The position numbers and the translations under genes were made by a program. Below are positions 1 through 29,450 of a DNA stretch of 64,000 nt, piece after piece. Source of the DNA: Sminthopsis crassicaudata (lineage: Eukaryota); assembly GCF_048593235.1 (NCBI RefSeq), contig NC_133617.1, positions 671,502,958-671,566,957 of the forward strand, read 5' to 3'. The notes beneath the pieces are model-generated. The model was not told the origin of the DNA, did no database searches, and saw only the letters and a list, made by a program, of their open reading frames with translations. Numbering within the stretch: position 1 is the first letter of the stretch; every line of letters starts with the position of its first letter.

Positions 1-29
1 GTTATCAATTGTTTTCACTAATTGGGAAC

Positions 30-450
30 ATAATAGGTAATATACATGCAATGGAATATTACTGTGCTAAATAAAACAATATCAAGAATTCTGAGAATCA
101 CGGGAAGACATATGAATGAATACAGGAAGTAATATGCAGAACTAAGGGGGAAAACATACAACTGAAACTAGGTAGTTGGAGACAACAATAAAAATAAACT
201 GGTAAGCTTGGTTGTGAAGAAGAAATGAGCCAATATATCTCCCCTTCCTTTACTGAAGAGATAGAAGATGGAGTATAAAATGCTGAATACGCTGCCAGAC
301 ACAGCATGTTGGTTGTTTTGTTTTTTTCTGAACTGTTTTTTCTTTTTAAATATTTGTCACAATGGGAGAGTTTGATGGGTAAGGAGGAAAGAAGGTATAT
401 ATGTGGAAATGAATGTGGTATCAAAATAAAATATCAATAAAAAAATTGAA
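30..450 (+). mobile_element. Old L1 3' end fragment
   Basis: ATACATGCAATGGAATATTACTGTGC resembles the L1 ORF2 C-terminal (TMEYY) region; ends in AATAAA plus an A-rich tail. Confidence 0.5.
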
Positions 451-524
451 AGTCCTTATTAAGAGGGGAAGCATGTCTAGGGCTACAGGTCTGTCTCTAT
501 GTATTCCTGGCCAGATCATATTGG

Positions 525-900
525 AAATGCTACATTTAATTCTGGGCACAATATTTGAGGAAGGACATTAATAAGTTAGAGAGATGGGTGACCATTTGGG
601 AAAAAGCCTTAAGATCATAGACAGAAATGGAAAGAAATGGACATGTTTAGTTTGAAGAAGAGAAGACTTCAGTATTGTGCAAAAGCTGTCTTCAAGTATG
701 TGAAGGGCTTTTGTATGAGAAAATTAATTTGCTTGGCTCCAAAAGGTACAATAAGGATCATATAGACATTGAAGCAATATGGACCTGGGCTTGAAATAAG
801 GAAAAGCTTGTGCTCCCCCCCCCCCAAAGAGTTATCTATCCCAAAATATAATGTATTACCTCAGAAGATAAAGGGCTCCCTTCGAGCAAAGGCAGGATGA
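525..900 (+). mobile_element. L3/CR1-like LINE 3' fragment
   Basis: Motifs such as TTTAGTTTGAAGAAGAGAAGACT and GCTGTCTTCAAGTATGTGAAGGGC resemble CR1/L3 3' ends. Confidence 0.5.
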
Positions 901-986
901 CTAGATCGTGCCTTGGTACTGGGGATATATGGATTGGGGTAGAGGAACATGCATCATAGTTCATGTCCAAGCTAACTGCCCTTCCT

Positions 987-1153
987 GGAGTATTGTACAA
1001 CTGGATTGAGACCCCATATGAGGTTGAGTAACTGAATGTAGGAGCTGTGAAATTGTGATTTATTATCAGTAAATGTTTGTACACCTATTTTATATACCTA
1101 TATACCTAGAGTTACATAAAAATTTCTCAGGGCAAAAAGTTTAAGAAGCCCTG
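987..1153. mobile_element. Non-autonomous hAT/Charlie-like DNA transposon, copy 1
   Basis: Terminal AGTTTAAGAAGCCCTG at 1138-1153; body similar to the copies at 16243 and 23909; left end degenerate. Confidence 0.55.
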
Positions 1154-1529
1154 TTGTAGACCACATTTCCAAGATCAGCTTCTCAAGAGAGAGAATATTA
1201 GATTGGGAGCTAGCAGAACTTAGTCTTGTCCTGGTTCGGTCTTTGGCTTGTGTGATTTCAAGAAAGTCCCATTTCCAGGTTTCCACTTCATAATGATCAT
1301 AGATTTTAGAATTTTAAGAGTTTTCTCTATTATCTAACAATTAAACTGCAACACGAGGCCAGAAAATTTAAGGAATTTTTTTTCCCCCAACATGGTATTC
1401 AAAATCAAGGCTCCTGATAACAAACGCATTGCTTTTCCCATCGACTCCCAAGAAGAAGGCATTTCTCACTGCTCCTCAACCTTCCCAACCCCATCCATCC
1501 AGCAGTACAAACCACCAGAATAGTCATAC

Positions 1530-4500
1530 CACATTGGTGTCTCTTTCCAAGGTAGGCTCCAAGCTCAGTTCTCGGGGACCAAAACAGTCTAAACGGATCA
1601 GGGCCCGGCAGCGATAATGGCAAGTAAACTTGCAATCTGGGGAGAGGAGGGATAAATAGTGAATTTCCATTTGTTTTTCATCTCCCCCAACCCACTGTCC
1701 CAGACCAGTAATTTTCACATGGCTCTTTAGGTCCCCCTGGTGGACTTCCTGGGAGAGCACATCCTCCCAGAAGAGGGTGCTGGAAAGGAAAAAAGCTGCC
1801 TAAAATGGGCCCACAATGTCCTGGGGAGCAATGTCCTCATCTTGTGGGGATCAAAGTCTCCAGCGTGCAGCTGCCCCTCCGGCCCTTCCCAGCCTCCACA
1901 CCCCCTTCTGTACTCTCCTAACGGGGTTACACTTTAACTAAGGCAGAAAAAGATGGTTGCTATGTGGATTTAGCTATATATTAACACATTCACATGCCAT
2001 AGTGAAACTTTAACATTCCAGGGCAAGGGAAAGGCTACTGATACATTTACACACATAAAGATACACACACAAGGAAGTTGTATCCCAGGAAGACACATTC
2101 ACACACCACTGATGCATATCATGCTTTGTCATTCACTATCTTGAACTGTATTGATACATTCATATTGATAAAAATTGATATAGGGGCACCTTGATATATT
2201 CATAAGCCACCAAGTCACATGGAAATTTTCACAAGCTACATGTTAGTTACACTAGTGCCTTCATGCACAGATATATACCTTTACTGACAGTCCTCAACAA
2301 CTCTATTTTTTCTTAAATCTATTTTGAAATTCCATTGATAAATTCAAATTTTAAACTTCATAGGGAACTCATAAATTTGTACATCACTGTTACAGGATCA
2401 TATTTTGCATGAACATATTATACAAGTACAAATGTTGGGTTGGGAAAATTCTTCTCGAGTTCAAATCTGGCCTCAGACACTTACCAAAGTCACCCTGGGC
2501 AAGTCACTGAATCCTGCCTGCCTCAGTTTCCTCATCTATAAAATGAGCTAGAAAAGGAAGTGACAAACTACTCCACTATCTTTGACAAGAAAACCCCAAT
2601 GGGGTCACATAATGGTAATGACAGAAACAACTGAATAAAACCATAATATTGCACATATGTGTATCCTGAGACTTTTGACACATGTTGCTACGTTTATACA
2701 TTATACTATTGCACACAAAGTTATATACATACTATATATGTATACATATACATATGCATCCATATACATATATCTTAATACTATCTAGTATATTTTGTGA
2801 GGATAGAGTATACTTTGACACTTTGATTTTGCCCCTGTATGTAAATTTCTCCATTGATAAAGGCTCATTTTTCCCTGTGATTCTAGTCTCCCAACTCCCA
2901 AAATAGATAAGAGGATCTACTCAATGGATTGGAAATCTTCCTCTGGAACGATTAGTATCTCAGGGGTACCAAGGATTGTACCACTATTAATCCACATTCT
3001 TGTTTCAAAATTAGTCCATCTCTTTTTATGTCTAAATGGCCACTTACTATATCCAAGGTATTGCTAACAACCTACTGCTCAGTATGATTTTTTAGGGATT
3101 ATAATGTTTCAGGATTCATTCATCATCAGGAAATCATCAGGAAAATACTGAAAATACATCAGGTTCAAAAGATAGTTTGCTATTACCAAAACACTGCAAC
3201 ATTTCCCAAATGTGATCAAACTAAATGAATGCTCCTGCCCAATTTAACTTGCACATCTGCCAGAAGCATATCAGCAGCATCTGTCTAAGATCTAACTAGA
3301 GACACAGACAGACTTATGACAAAAGCTTCCTGCCGGTCAGAGGTACCTGGAAGCATCATGAAAACAGCACCTCTATGGTTTGGGAACTTCTGGGAATGCT
3401 GAGACTTCTTTCAGAGAGTCCAGAGGTTAAAACTACTTTCAGTATAATACAAAGGTATTTCAATCCCTAATATGGTAAAGAACAATAGATGTAACCCATT
3501 TAATTGAAGCTCTTGGCCAGAAGTGAGGGAGGGATCAATAATTTTTGAGAAGTAAAGAGGTTCTGAGACTTAAAAGTCTGAGAAAAGCTGCTGAAAATAC
3601 ATAGAGTTGGATTTGGAGTCAAGAAAACCTGAGTTCCAAATTTATAAGCATATAAGCCATTCCTCAGGCAATAAATGGTCAAGGATATGAACAAACAATT
3701 TTCAGATGAAGAAATTCAAAGCCATTTCTAGTCACATGAAAAATGCTCTAGAGCACTATTGATTAGAGAAATGCAAATTAAGACAACTCTGAGGTATCAT
3801 TTCATACCTCTCAGCTGAGCTAAGATGACAGGAAAAGATAATGATAAATGTTGGAGAGGATATGGGAAAACTGGAATTAAGGCTTTGTTGGTGAAGTTGT
3901 AAACTGATCCAACCATTCTGGAGAGTAATTTAGAGCTATGCCCAAAGAGCTATAAAACTTGCATACCTTTTGATCTAGCAGTGTCTCTACTGGGTCTGTA
4001 TCCATAGAGATCATAAAAAGGGTAAAAGGAGCCACATGTGCAAAAATGTATAAACATTTTTTAGTTTTGTAGAGGCAAGGAACTGGAAATTGAGTGGATG
4101 CTCATCAATTGGGGAATGGCTGAGTAAGTTATGGTATATGAATGTTATGAAATATTATTCTATAAGAGATGATGGGCAGGCTGATTTCAGAAAAGCCTGG
4201 AAAGACTTACATGAACTGATTCTAAGTAAAGTGAATAGAACCAAGAAAATATTGTGCACAGAAACTACAAGATTATGTAATAATCAGTTGTGATGGACTT
4301 GGCTCTTTCCAACAATGAGGTGATTCAAGGCAATTACGAGACTTGTGATGGACATTGCCATTTGCATTCATGGAGAGACTGAAAGTAGATCAAAACATAG
4401 TATTTTCACCCTTTCTTGTTATTTTTTCTTTCTTTCTTGTTTTTTCCCTTTTGATTTGATTTTTCTTGCACAGCATGACAAATATAGAAATGTTTAGAAA

Positions 4501-7500
4501 AATTGCATGTTTAATCTCTACTGGATTGCTTGTGGTATTGGGAAGGGAAAAGGGAGAACAATTTGGAACACAAGGTTTTATAAAGGTGATAGTTTAAAAA
4601 AAACAACTTATCTTTACATCTGTTTGGAAAAATAAAATATGATTTTAAAAAAGACCTAAGTTCATACTCCAACTTTGCCACTGAAGGCCATATGACCATG
4701 GACACTCAGGCACTTAACCTGTGTCTAAATTTCCATATCTGTACAATGAGAAAAACAATACCTGTACTAACCTACCTCCCAGGGAATCAAATTTTATCAT
4801 ATACAGAAAGAACTGTGTAGGCTTTAAAATGCTATGTGAGTGTCAGCCACAAAAGGGTGATGGTAAGATTATAGTATGTAATCTCCTTGAGACCAGGGAT
4901 GGTTTCATTTTTGTCTTTGTATTTTCAGCACTTAGCATAGTGTCTAACATACAGTAGGGTTTTTAAATTTTTTTTTCTTTTTCCCTTTAATAAATGATTG
5001 CAGATAATGTCATAGTCTGGACAATGTGTTTATCTAACTGCTTTGGGTCCAAGTGGTCACAGTTAGTGAGACTTCTTTTATCTTACTATAAACTTCACAG
5101 GAGAAGCTTTTTAAAAAATTATTTTCATTATGGTCAATATCATAGACAACTGAACAATTTGGAGAACATGTACATAAACAGAAAATTTCTTTTTCTAGAT
5201 CCCACACATGACATCTTTCATAACACTGACATATATCTTAATTTATGTAACAACCCTTCATGATGATATGTAGTGGGAAACTGAGCATTATTAATGCCAC
5301 AATACTATTTATCATAACTCCCCTCCCCCCCAGGAGACACCTTTCACTAGACCCTTTCATATCGCATTAAAAAAAATAAACAGAGATGATTCAGGCCAGT
5401 TCCAATGATCTTGTGATGATGAAAGCCATCTACATCCAGAGAGAGGACTCTGGGAACAGAGTGTGGTTCACAACATAGAATTTTTGCTTTTTGTTGTTTG
5501 CTCACATTTTCTTTTCTTTTCTTTTTTTTCCCTTTTTGATCTTTCTTGTGCACCAAGATAATTGTAGAAATATGTATGCATATATTGGATTTCACATATA
5601 TTTTTACCATGTTTAACATATATTGGATTACTTGCCATCTAGGAGAGGGGGTCCAGGGAAAGGGAAGGAAAATGGGAACACAAGGTTTTGCAAGGATTAA
5701 TGTTGAAAAATTATTTATGCATATGATTTGAAAATAAAAAAGTTTAATTAAGTGGGAAAATAGGGGGAAAATTATTTAATCTTTTTGATCCTTTTGAAAT
5801 TTTCCCTCTTTGATATACCTTGAAAAAACAATCCCAAGTGCATTTATAATTATGTCTTCTTCAGCATTTTTCATTTTTTCCATTCATCATTTAAAAATAT
5901 TAGTTTTTTAAAAAATTAACACTTTCTTTTTATATTGAATTCCATCACATTTTCAGGTCAGCATTCTTTACCCCACTTAGAAAGCAAGAAAAAATAAAAG
6001 CTATTACAAACCCATATAGTTAAGCAAAATCCCACATTGGCCACATCCAGAAAGTTTAAATCTTTGTTATGAATCCATCACTCATTTCTCTGGAGGTGAG
6101 GAGTGTGTTTCATTATGATTTCTTATTGTGTTTGATCCTTGAACTCAGGGCCTCATCAAGTCTCAATCTGGACTACTGTCAAAGATTTCGTATTTGGTAT
6201 TTTGACACCTCTTCCCTCTCCTTCTATCCCTGATTCCCCAAAGATACACACACAGTTAAAGACACAGTTGTAACTGTCAATTCAAATCATCAAAGTTGGA
6301 GAGAGAAGTATTTACAAAGAAAGAATGAAATAGTTCTTCTCAATGAAAATTTATATTTGACTGAGATATGTAATAGATATTAACCCAATTTTATCCCGTT
6401 TTCTCAGCTGCATTCCATTATTTTGGGAAGTGATTGCACTTTGGGAAGTGTCTGCCTTCTCTGTAATGTTAAACACATGAGTTTCCACTTTAAATATGTA
6501 AATAAATTAAGTATGCTGAGGCAATTTCTGCCTCCTCATTTTACATCAGTTAGATTTCGTTAAGAAATGTCCATTGTCAATGTCTTTACTTTTGTCCAAT
6601 TCCTGTTTTCCAGTATCAATAGTCTGTTTAAACAGGTTGGATTGAAATTACTCTAATTGCTCAGACTTTTTTCACTTTTTCTGTTTTAGTATTTACTTTG
6701 TCTTTTGTGCTGGGTATATGATGTTCTGTTCACACACAACTGACAGCAGATTTTGACACGGATAGTTTGTAACAAGCAGTCATTTCCTGCTTGGTAAGAT
6801 AGTTTTTATTTTCTCTCTCTCTCTTTTTTAAAGATTATATCTTTGGTATTCACTGTGCCTAGCACCTTCTTTCTTCTTGGGAAGAAATTATTCATGATGT
6901 GCAGAGTAGTACACATATTTTTCTTCATGTTAATTTCTTGATTCAGAACCCTAGTTTTAAAAAAAATTTATTTTTATTTTTCAACATTTACTTTAAGATT
7001 GAGTTCTATTTTTTTCTCCCTCCTTTCCTCTTCTCCCCACTCCCCACGACAGCAAGCAGTCTTGTATAGGTTATACCTGTACAATCATATTAACCATATT
7101 TCCACATTAGTCATGTTGTGGTGGAAGAATCAGAACAAAAGGGGAAAACCATGAGAAAGAGAAAAAACAAAAAAAAAGTGAAAATATGTTTTGATCTGCA
7201 TTCAGACTTTCTTTCTCTGAGTGTGGATGGCATTTTCTATCACAGAACCACGTTATCTAGCACGATGGTCATCCTCTTTACTTTCATAATGAAATCACCA
7301 AGGGATGAGTGTTGACTTACTTCTTATAACTGGGTTGTCAAGTTCTATCATTTCTCTATTTTTTTTGGGGGTATAGATTTAGACATGTGATCTTCATTGC
7401 TCAAGATCTCATTAACTTTCAGCCAGATCTCTGGCAGTATCCTGTTTGGGATCTCTACCTAACATCTCGCTTCTCCCCAATTCATTCTCATAGTAACCAA

Positions 7501-9998
7501 ACAGAGGCCTCAAGCATGAGTTGACGGCCAGAAGCTATAGGGGGGCTCCTTACTGCCTCCAGGATAAAATGTAAACTACTGCTGGTATTTGAAACCATCA
7601 CCATCTAGGTTAAAGTAGGCTCCGGGCTGTTACATCATTGTGTATCCAGTCTTGGCTTCTGCACAGGCTGCTTGTCCCCCTTGACTCGCAATGCAGATCT
7701 TTACTTCTACCAGCTCAAGTGACACTTCTTAGTAAGGAGTCTTACGTCGATCCCCTAGTTCAAGAGAGCATAGATTGAGCTGGAAGAGTCCAACCTAACT
7801 TTAAAGGCCACACAGACACTAATAGGATGGCTAGGCGGCACCATAGTGCGTAGAGCACTAGATGTGGAATCAGGAAGACATCTTCCTGCATTCAGAAGTC
7901 TCAGGTACCAGCTGTATGAACTTGAGGAAGTCACTTGACCCTGCTTGTCTCAGTTTCCTCATTTTTAAACTGAATTGGAGAAGGACATGGCACACCACTC
8001 CAGTATCTTTCCTGGGAAAACTCCAAATCTACTTGCTTGTGGGCATATCCCCCCCTGCCCTCATATAATTTATGTTTGGAGTTTAGTGTTTTTTCTTTGC
8101 ATCCCTAGCGCCTGTCATACTGCTTGGCACACAGTGGGTGTTCAATGAACTGAATGTTGGCTGAATGTCAAATGATTATATGGTGTTTTGCTGGCTTATG
8201 TTCAGTCTGAGCACTGCGAGATAAGATGATCCAAATGTAACATCTAATAACATTAGATGATGTTCTGGAAGCAAAATCAAATCAACTCCCTTTATTTGCA
8301 TCTCAGAGAAGAATCTGTGAGTCCTCGAAACACTTAGATTTAATGTTCTCTTATTTTGTCAATAGCTAGAGCGTCAACATTGATGTGGTTGCCACTCTCT
8401 AGGTCAGCTTTTCATTCATTGGGCAAAGATGGAGTTTAAAAATCAACAGTTAAATTTATGTTTGTTGACCATCCAAGAACTGTGTGACTCCTGGCACCTT
8501 CTTTCAGATCTTTTGCATCATGGAAGAAGTTCTGGAAAGGGATTCCATAGGATCGCTCTTTCTCCCCCAGCAACCCCCAGTTATTCTGAGTCACTGAAGA
8601 ACACACAAAACCAATCCCCAAACAAAACTCAGTAACAAAAACGTACCCAGCCCCAAACCAAACCACTTGGTCCTCTTTTCCTGTGAAGAAGTTCACTGTC
8701 CTTCATTAGACTAGTCCTCAAAGAAAAGAATCACCGCGGCTGCCCTCAGAGCCTTTCCTGGTTGGGAGAATGGGCCACAGTTTGTACTGCATTGGCCAAA
8801 CTGGTGTACCCCCCCACCACAGTGAGGCCTTTGTGGTGGAGGGCACCGGTGCCCAAACCCGGTAACACCCTGCTGGGGTGGAACTACCAGAAGGAAGGCA
8901 AGACAGAAAATGAAATGAAGCAGAGGCAGCCAAACCCGAGGGGGCGACGTGGGAGACAAAACTAGTGGGGCCGGACCAGTTTTAATTTGTAGATAAGAAT
9001 CATTGGAAATGAGCACGTGCGTGGTTTGCCCAGTTCAGTAGGTTAAACATTTGCCCTGAAATGAAATGAACAGCACTGGTAAATTTGAGCAGACAAACCT
9101 TTCTCCTTTTTCCCCCGAGGCTGGGGTTAAGTGACTTGCCCGGGGTCACACAGCTAGAAGCGTTAAGTGACTGAGACCAGATTTGAACTCAGGGCTGGGG
9201 CTCCTTCCACAGCGCCCCCTAGCTGCCCCTGCTGGAGTTTTCAAAAGCACTTACTGATCGGTTCTGGGACGGGGATGGGGGCTAGGCCCAGCGGCTGAAC
9301 ACAAGGTCATCGCCTCCTCCATCCTCATTCTGAAGGAATGGTGGTGGTGCGCCAGGTGAGGGGAAGGCTGTGATTTACCGCTTTCCTGGCAGGCCCCGGG
9401 GACCCCCCAACCCCCGCCTCAGGTACTCGTATATACCGCTGCTCGAGCACTACGTCTAACCTGGTAGCATCAGAGGTGCTACAGGTGCCCCAGAATCCCG
9501 GTCCCACCGGGATGTTCTCGCCCTTTCCCGTATTCCTCAAGTCACGCACCCGATCTGCAGGAGGACACTTACTCCTGAAGGGACAGTTCACAGCAGCTCC
9601 CACGTGTGCACACACTGGAGCACGGAGAGCCCCCCCCCCCCCCGCGTTTAGAGACCCCGGTACTCACGGACGCATTGCAGGCCCTTGCGAATGACGCCCC
9701 AGATGAAGTCCCCGCAGAGGTCGCACCAAGTGTGGGTGCCGGGGCCCGATGGGCGGAAGCAGTGGCCCCGGCCGGGCCCCGCGGTGAGTCGGGGATCGCT
9801 GTGGCCGCCCAGCAGCCGGACTTGACGGCCGCGGGGCAGCACGTCAGGGCCGCGGCCGGGGGTGATGCGCAGCGCATTGGCGCGCTCCAGCCGGCCTGGA
9901 CTCCGAGGGCCCGGACTCCGGCCAGCCTCCTGCCCCCGCAGCCCGTCGGGGTAGCGGACCAAGTTCTTTAACTCAATCAGCTCCGGCTCCGCAGCCAT
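1530..9998 (-). CDS. RASSF1: Ras association domain family member 1, isoform A; first two coding exons (partial, continues beyond the left edge)
   Basis: Exon 1-alpha 9998-9668 (ATG in GCGATGG context; MAAEPELIELK...RLERANALRI...HTWCDLCGDFIWGVIRKGLQCV; donor C|GTGAGT). Exon 2-alpha-beta 1636-1530 (cag|AT TGC AAG: CKFTCHYRCRALIRLDCFGPRELSLEPTLERDTNV; donor GTATGA). Phases join as CAT (His) and complete the C1 zinc-binding domain. Confidence 0.97.
2456..2637 (+). mobile_element. Mar1-type marsupial CORE-SINE
   Basis: GAGTTCAAATCTGGCCTCAGACACTT, core CTCAGTTTCCTCATCT, and a BovB/RTE-like tail (ACTCCACTATCTTTGACAAGAAAACCCC). Confidence 0.75.
3680..4650 (+). mobile_element. L1 3' portion (end of ORF2 plus 3' UTR)
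   Basis: GAGAAATGCAAATTAAGACAACTCTGAG and AATGTTGGAGAGGATATGGGAAAACTGG are L1 ORF2-end motifs; followed by a marsupial-type UTR and A tail. Confidence 0.85.
5380..5750 (+). mobile_element. Marsupial L1 3' UTR fragment
   Basis: GCCATCTACATCCAGAGAGAGGAC ... GGAACACAAGGTTTTGCAAGG ... AAAATAAAAAG, similar to the UTR at 4300-4650. Confidence 0.75.
6960..7245 (-). mobile_element. Marsupial L1 3' UTR fragment, antisense
   Basis: T-rich start followed by the reverse complement of the same UTR motifs (CTTTCTCTGAGTGTGGATGGCATTTT). Confidence 0.7.
7826..8029 (+). mobile_element. Mar1-type marsupial CORE-SINE
   Basis: tRNA-like head, core CTCAGTTTCCTCAT, tail GGAGAAGGACATGGCACACCACTCCAGTATCTT. Confidence 0.7.
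9107..9229 (-). mobile_element. WSINE1-like short marsupial SINE with an internal deletion
   Basis: GGGGTTAAGTGACTTGCCCGGGGTCACACAGCTAG...GATTTGAACTCAG...CCTAGCTGCCCC. Confidence 0.8.
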
Positions 9999-11000
9999 CG
10001 CTGGCCCTCCAGGTCCCGGGAGCTGCAAAGCCCCTCCTCTAGCCGGGCAGGGGGAGCCCTGTCTCTCTCGGTCACTCCGCCTCTCAGAGCTCTTCAGCTG
10101 GGACAGTTACCGCTTCGGCCTCCACTGCCTTCCCGCCCTCCCCCCCAAAGCCAAGTCCAACTTCTGCCTCTTGTCTGGAGTTCTCAGTTTGTCTTGCCTT
10201 TGCCTCTCGGGCTCCGGGGACCGCTCAGCGCTTTGGCTCTGGGCCCCTCTCGATGCCCGGAGCTCCCTCGCCTCGGCCCTGCCCCTCCGGGGATGGGCAG
10301 CGGAGGTTTCTGCCTCCTCCTCCGGTCCGTGGGTCCCAGCGGTCTCAGAGCAGCCGCAGGAGCACGATTAGGGCGGAGCCGCCCCTTCCAACTCCTTGCG
10401 CCTTCGGAGTCAGGAGTGCGCCCGCCCCCGGCCCCCGGCCCCCACCGGGAAGGCCCGGGCAGTGCTTTTGACAACCGGCCCCGCCCCACCCCAGGGGCCC
10501 AGCCTCCGTTTGCCGCGATCTCCTTAGCCAAAGCTACGCAATGGAAACTAGAGTCCGGGAGGGGGCTGGCAGAATTCTGCCTTTGACTCGGGGGCGGGAA
10601 ACTAGTGCGGGGAGGGACCAACTGAGGGGAGGGGATCCGCCACAGCAGACCCGAAACGTGCAAGTTGGGGCGAAGGAGCCGCGGGCGGACACTTAGCTTC
10701 TCCACGAGAGGGGGGGCAGTGGTCTGAGAATGTTTGCGGCGTCCCTCACCCCCCTAACAAGGGAAGGAAGTTGGATCTTATTAGCACCCGAGCCAATCGG
10801 GGCAGTGCTCCGAGCTGGCTTTGGCCCGAAAAGGGTGCACCCCTCCGAGCGCAGCATCCCGCCGGCTCTCCGCTGTGGCTTTCCCCCTTCCCTTTCCCTC
10901 TGAGGCCGAGCCTGGCCCCACAGGAAGCAGCCTCAGCCCTCTTCCAAACCCGTCTCCATCCCATTTCTAGGCAGGCCAGAAGAGAGGGGGCCGGGAGAGG
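9300..11000. promoter_or_regulatory. CpG island / RASSF1A promoter
   Basis: Dense CpG and high GC content with GGGCGG boxes, spanning exon 1-alpha and its upstream region; boundaries estimated by eye. Confidence 0.85.
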
Positions 11001-11045
11001 CCGGTTCAGCGCTGCAGACAGACAGAAGCTTCTTAAAAGAAACCA

Positions 11046-11051
11046 TTTACT
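11046..11051 (-). terminator. Candidate variant poly(A) signal AGTAAA for ZMYND10
   Basis: No AATAAA or ATTAAA seen between the ZMYND10 stop and RASSF1A; this AGTAAA is followed by U-rich TGGTTTCTTTT. Confidence 0.45.
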
Positions 11052-11536
11052 GTGCTTTACAGAAAGGAAGAAGGTACCCCACATCCGCACTTTCCTGCCA
11101 CAGACTCTCAGAAAGCGGAGGGAAGTCTCAGAAACCGTCCTCCCTCCCTCCCTCCCTCCCCTGTGAGCACTCACTCCCCCTAGAATCCCTCCTCCCCCTC
11201 CCCAGGGGGAAGAAGGGGCCTGCAGCGCCCTGCCAGCTCCTAGGAGTCGGAGCTCTGTTCTAGTCTCATGGATTCTGGGCTGTCCGGAGAGCTGAGGCCC
11301 AAGCTGGGAGCTGCGGGGCTAGCAGACAACGGAAGAGTTACCAGGGATTCAGACCCGGCAGGGGAAAGAGCAAGCAGGGCCGCTGCCTGAGATGGGAGCC
11401 TGTGGACCAATCTGAGCAGATGCTAATGGATGTGGGGGTGGGAGGGAGGGGCACATAGTGGGGCACTCTGGGACCTTGGGTGGGTGGGGGGTTGGCACGA
11501 TGGGATACCACAAGGGGAAACCAGCAGCAGCTGCAG

Positions 11537-29450
<17,914 letters not shown>

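Noticed and set aside
9999-10028. 10-codon N-terminal extension of RASSF1A in the ORF track
   Set aside because: It starts at TTG. The ATG at 9998 has good Kozak context and matches the conserved M-x-x-EPELIEL start.
10184-11174. Many overlapping 120-170 aa ORFs upstream of RASSF1A
   Set aside because: Expected from stop-codon depletion in a CpG island; Pro/Gly/Arg-rich with no homology recognised.
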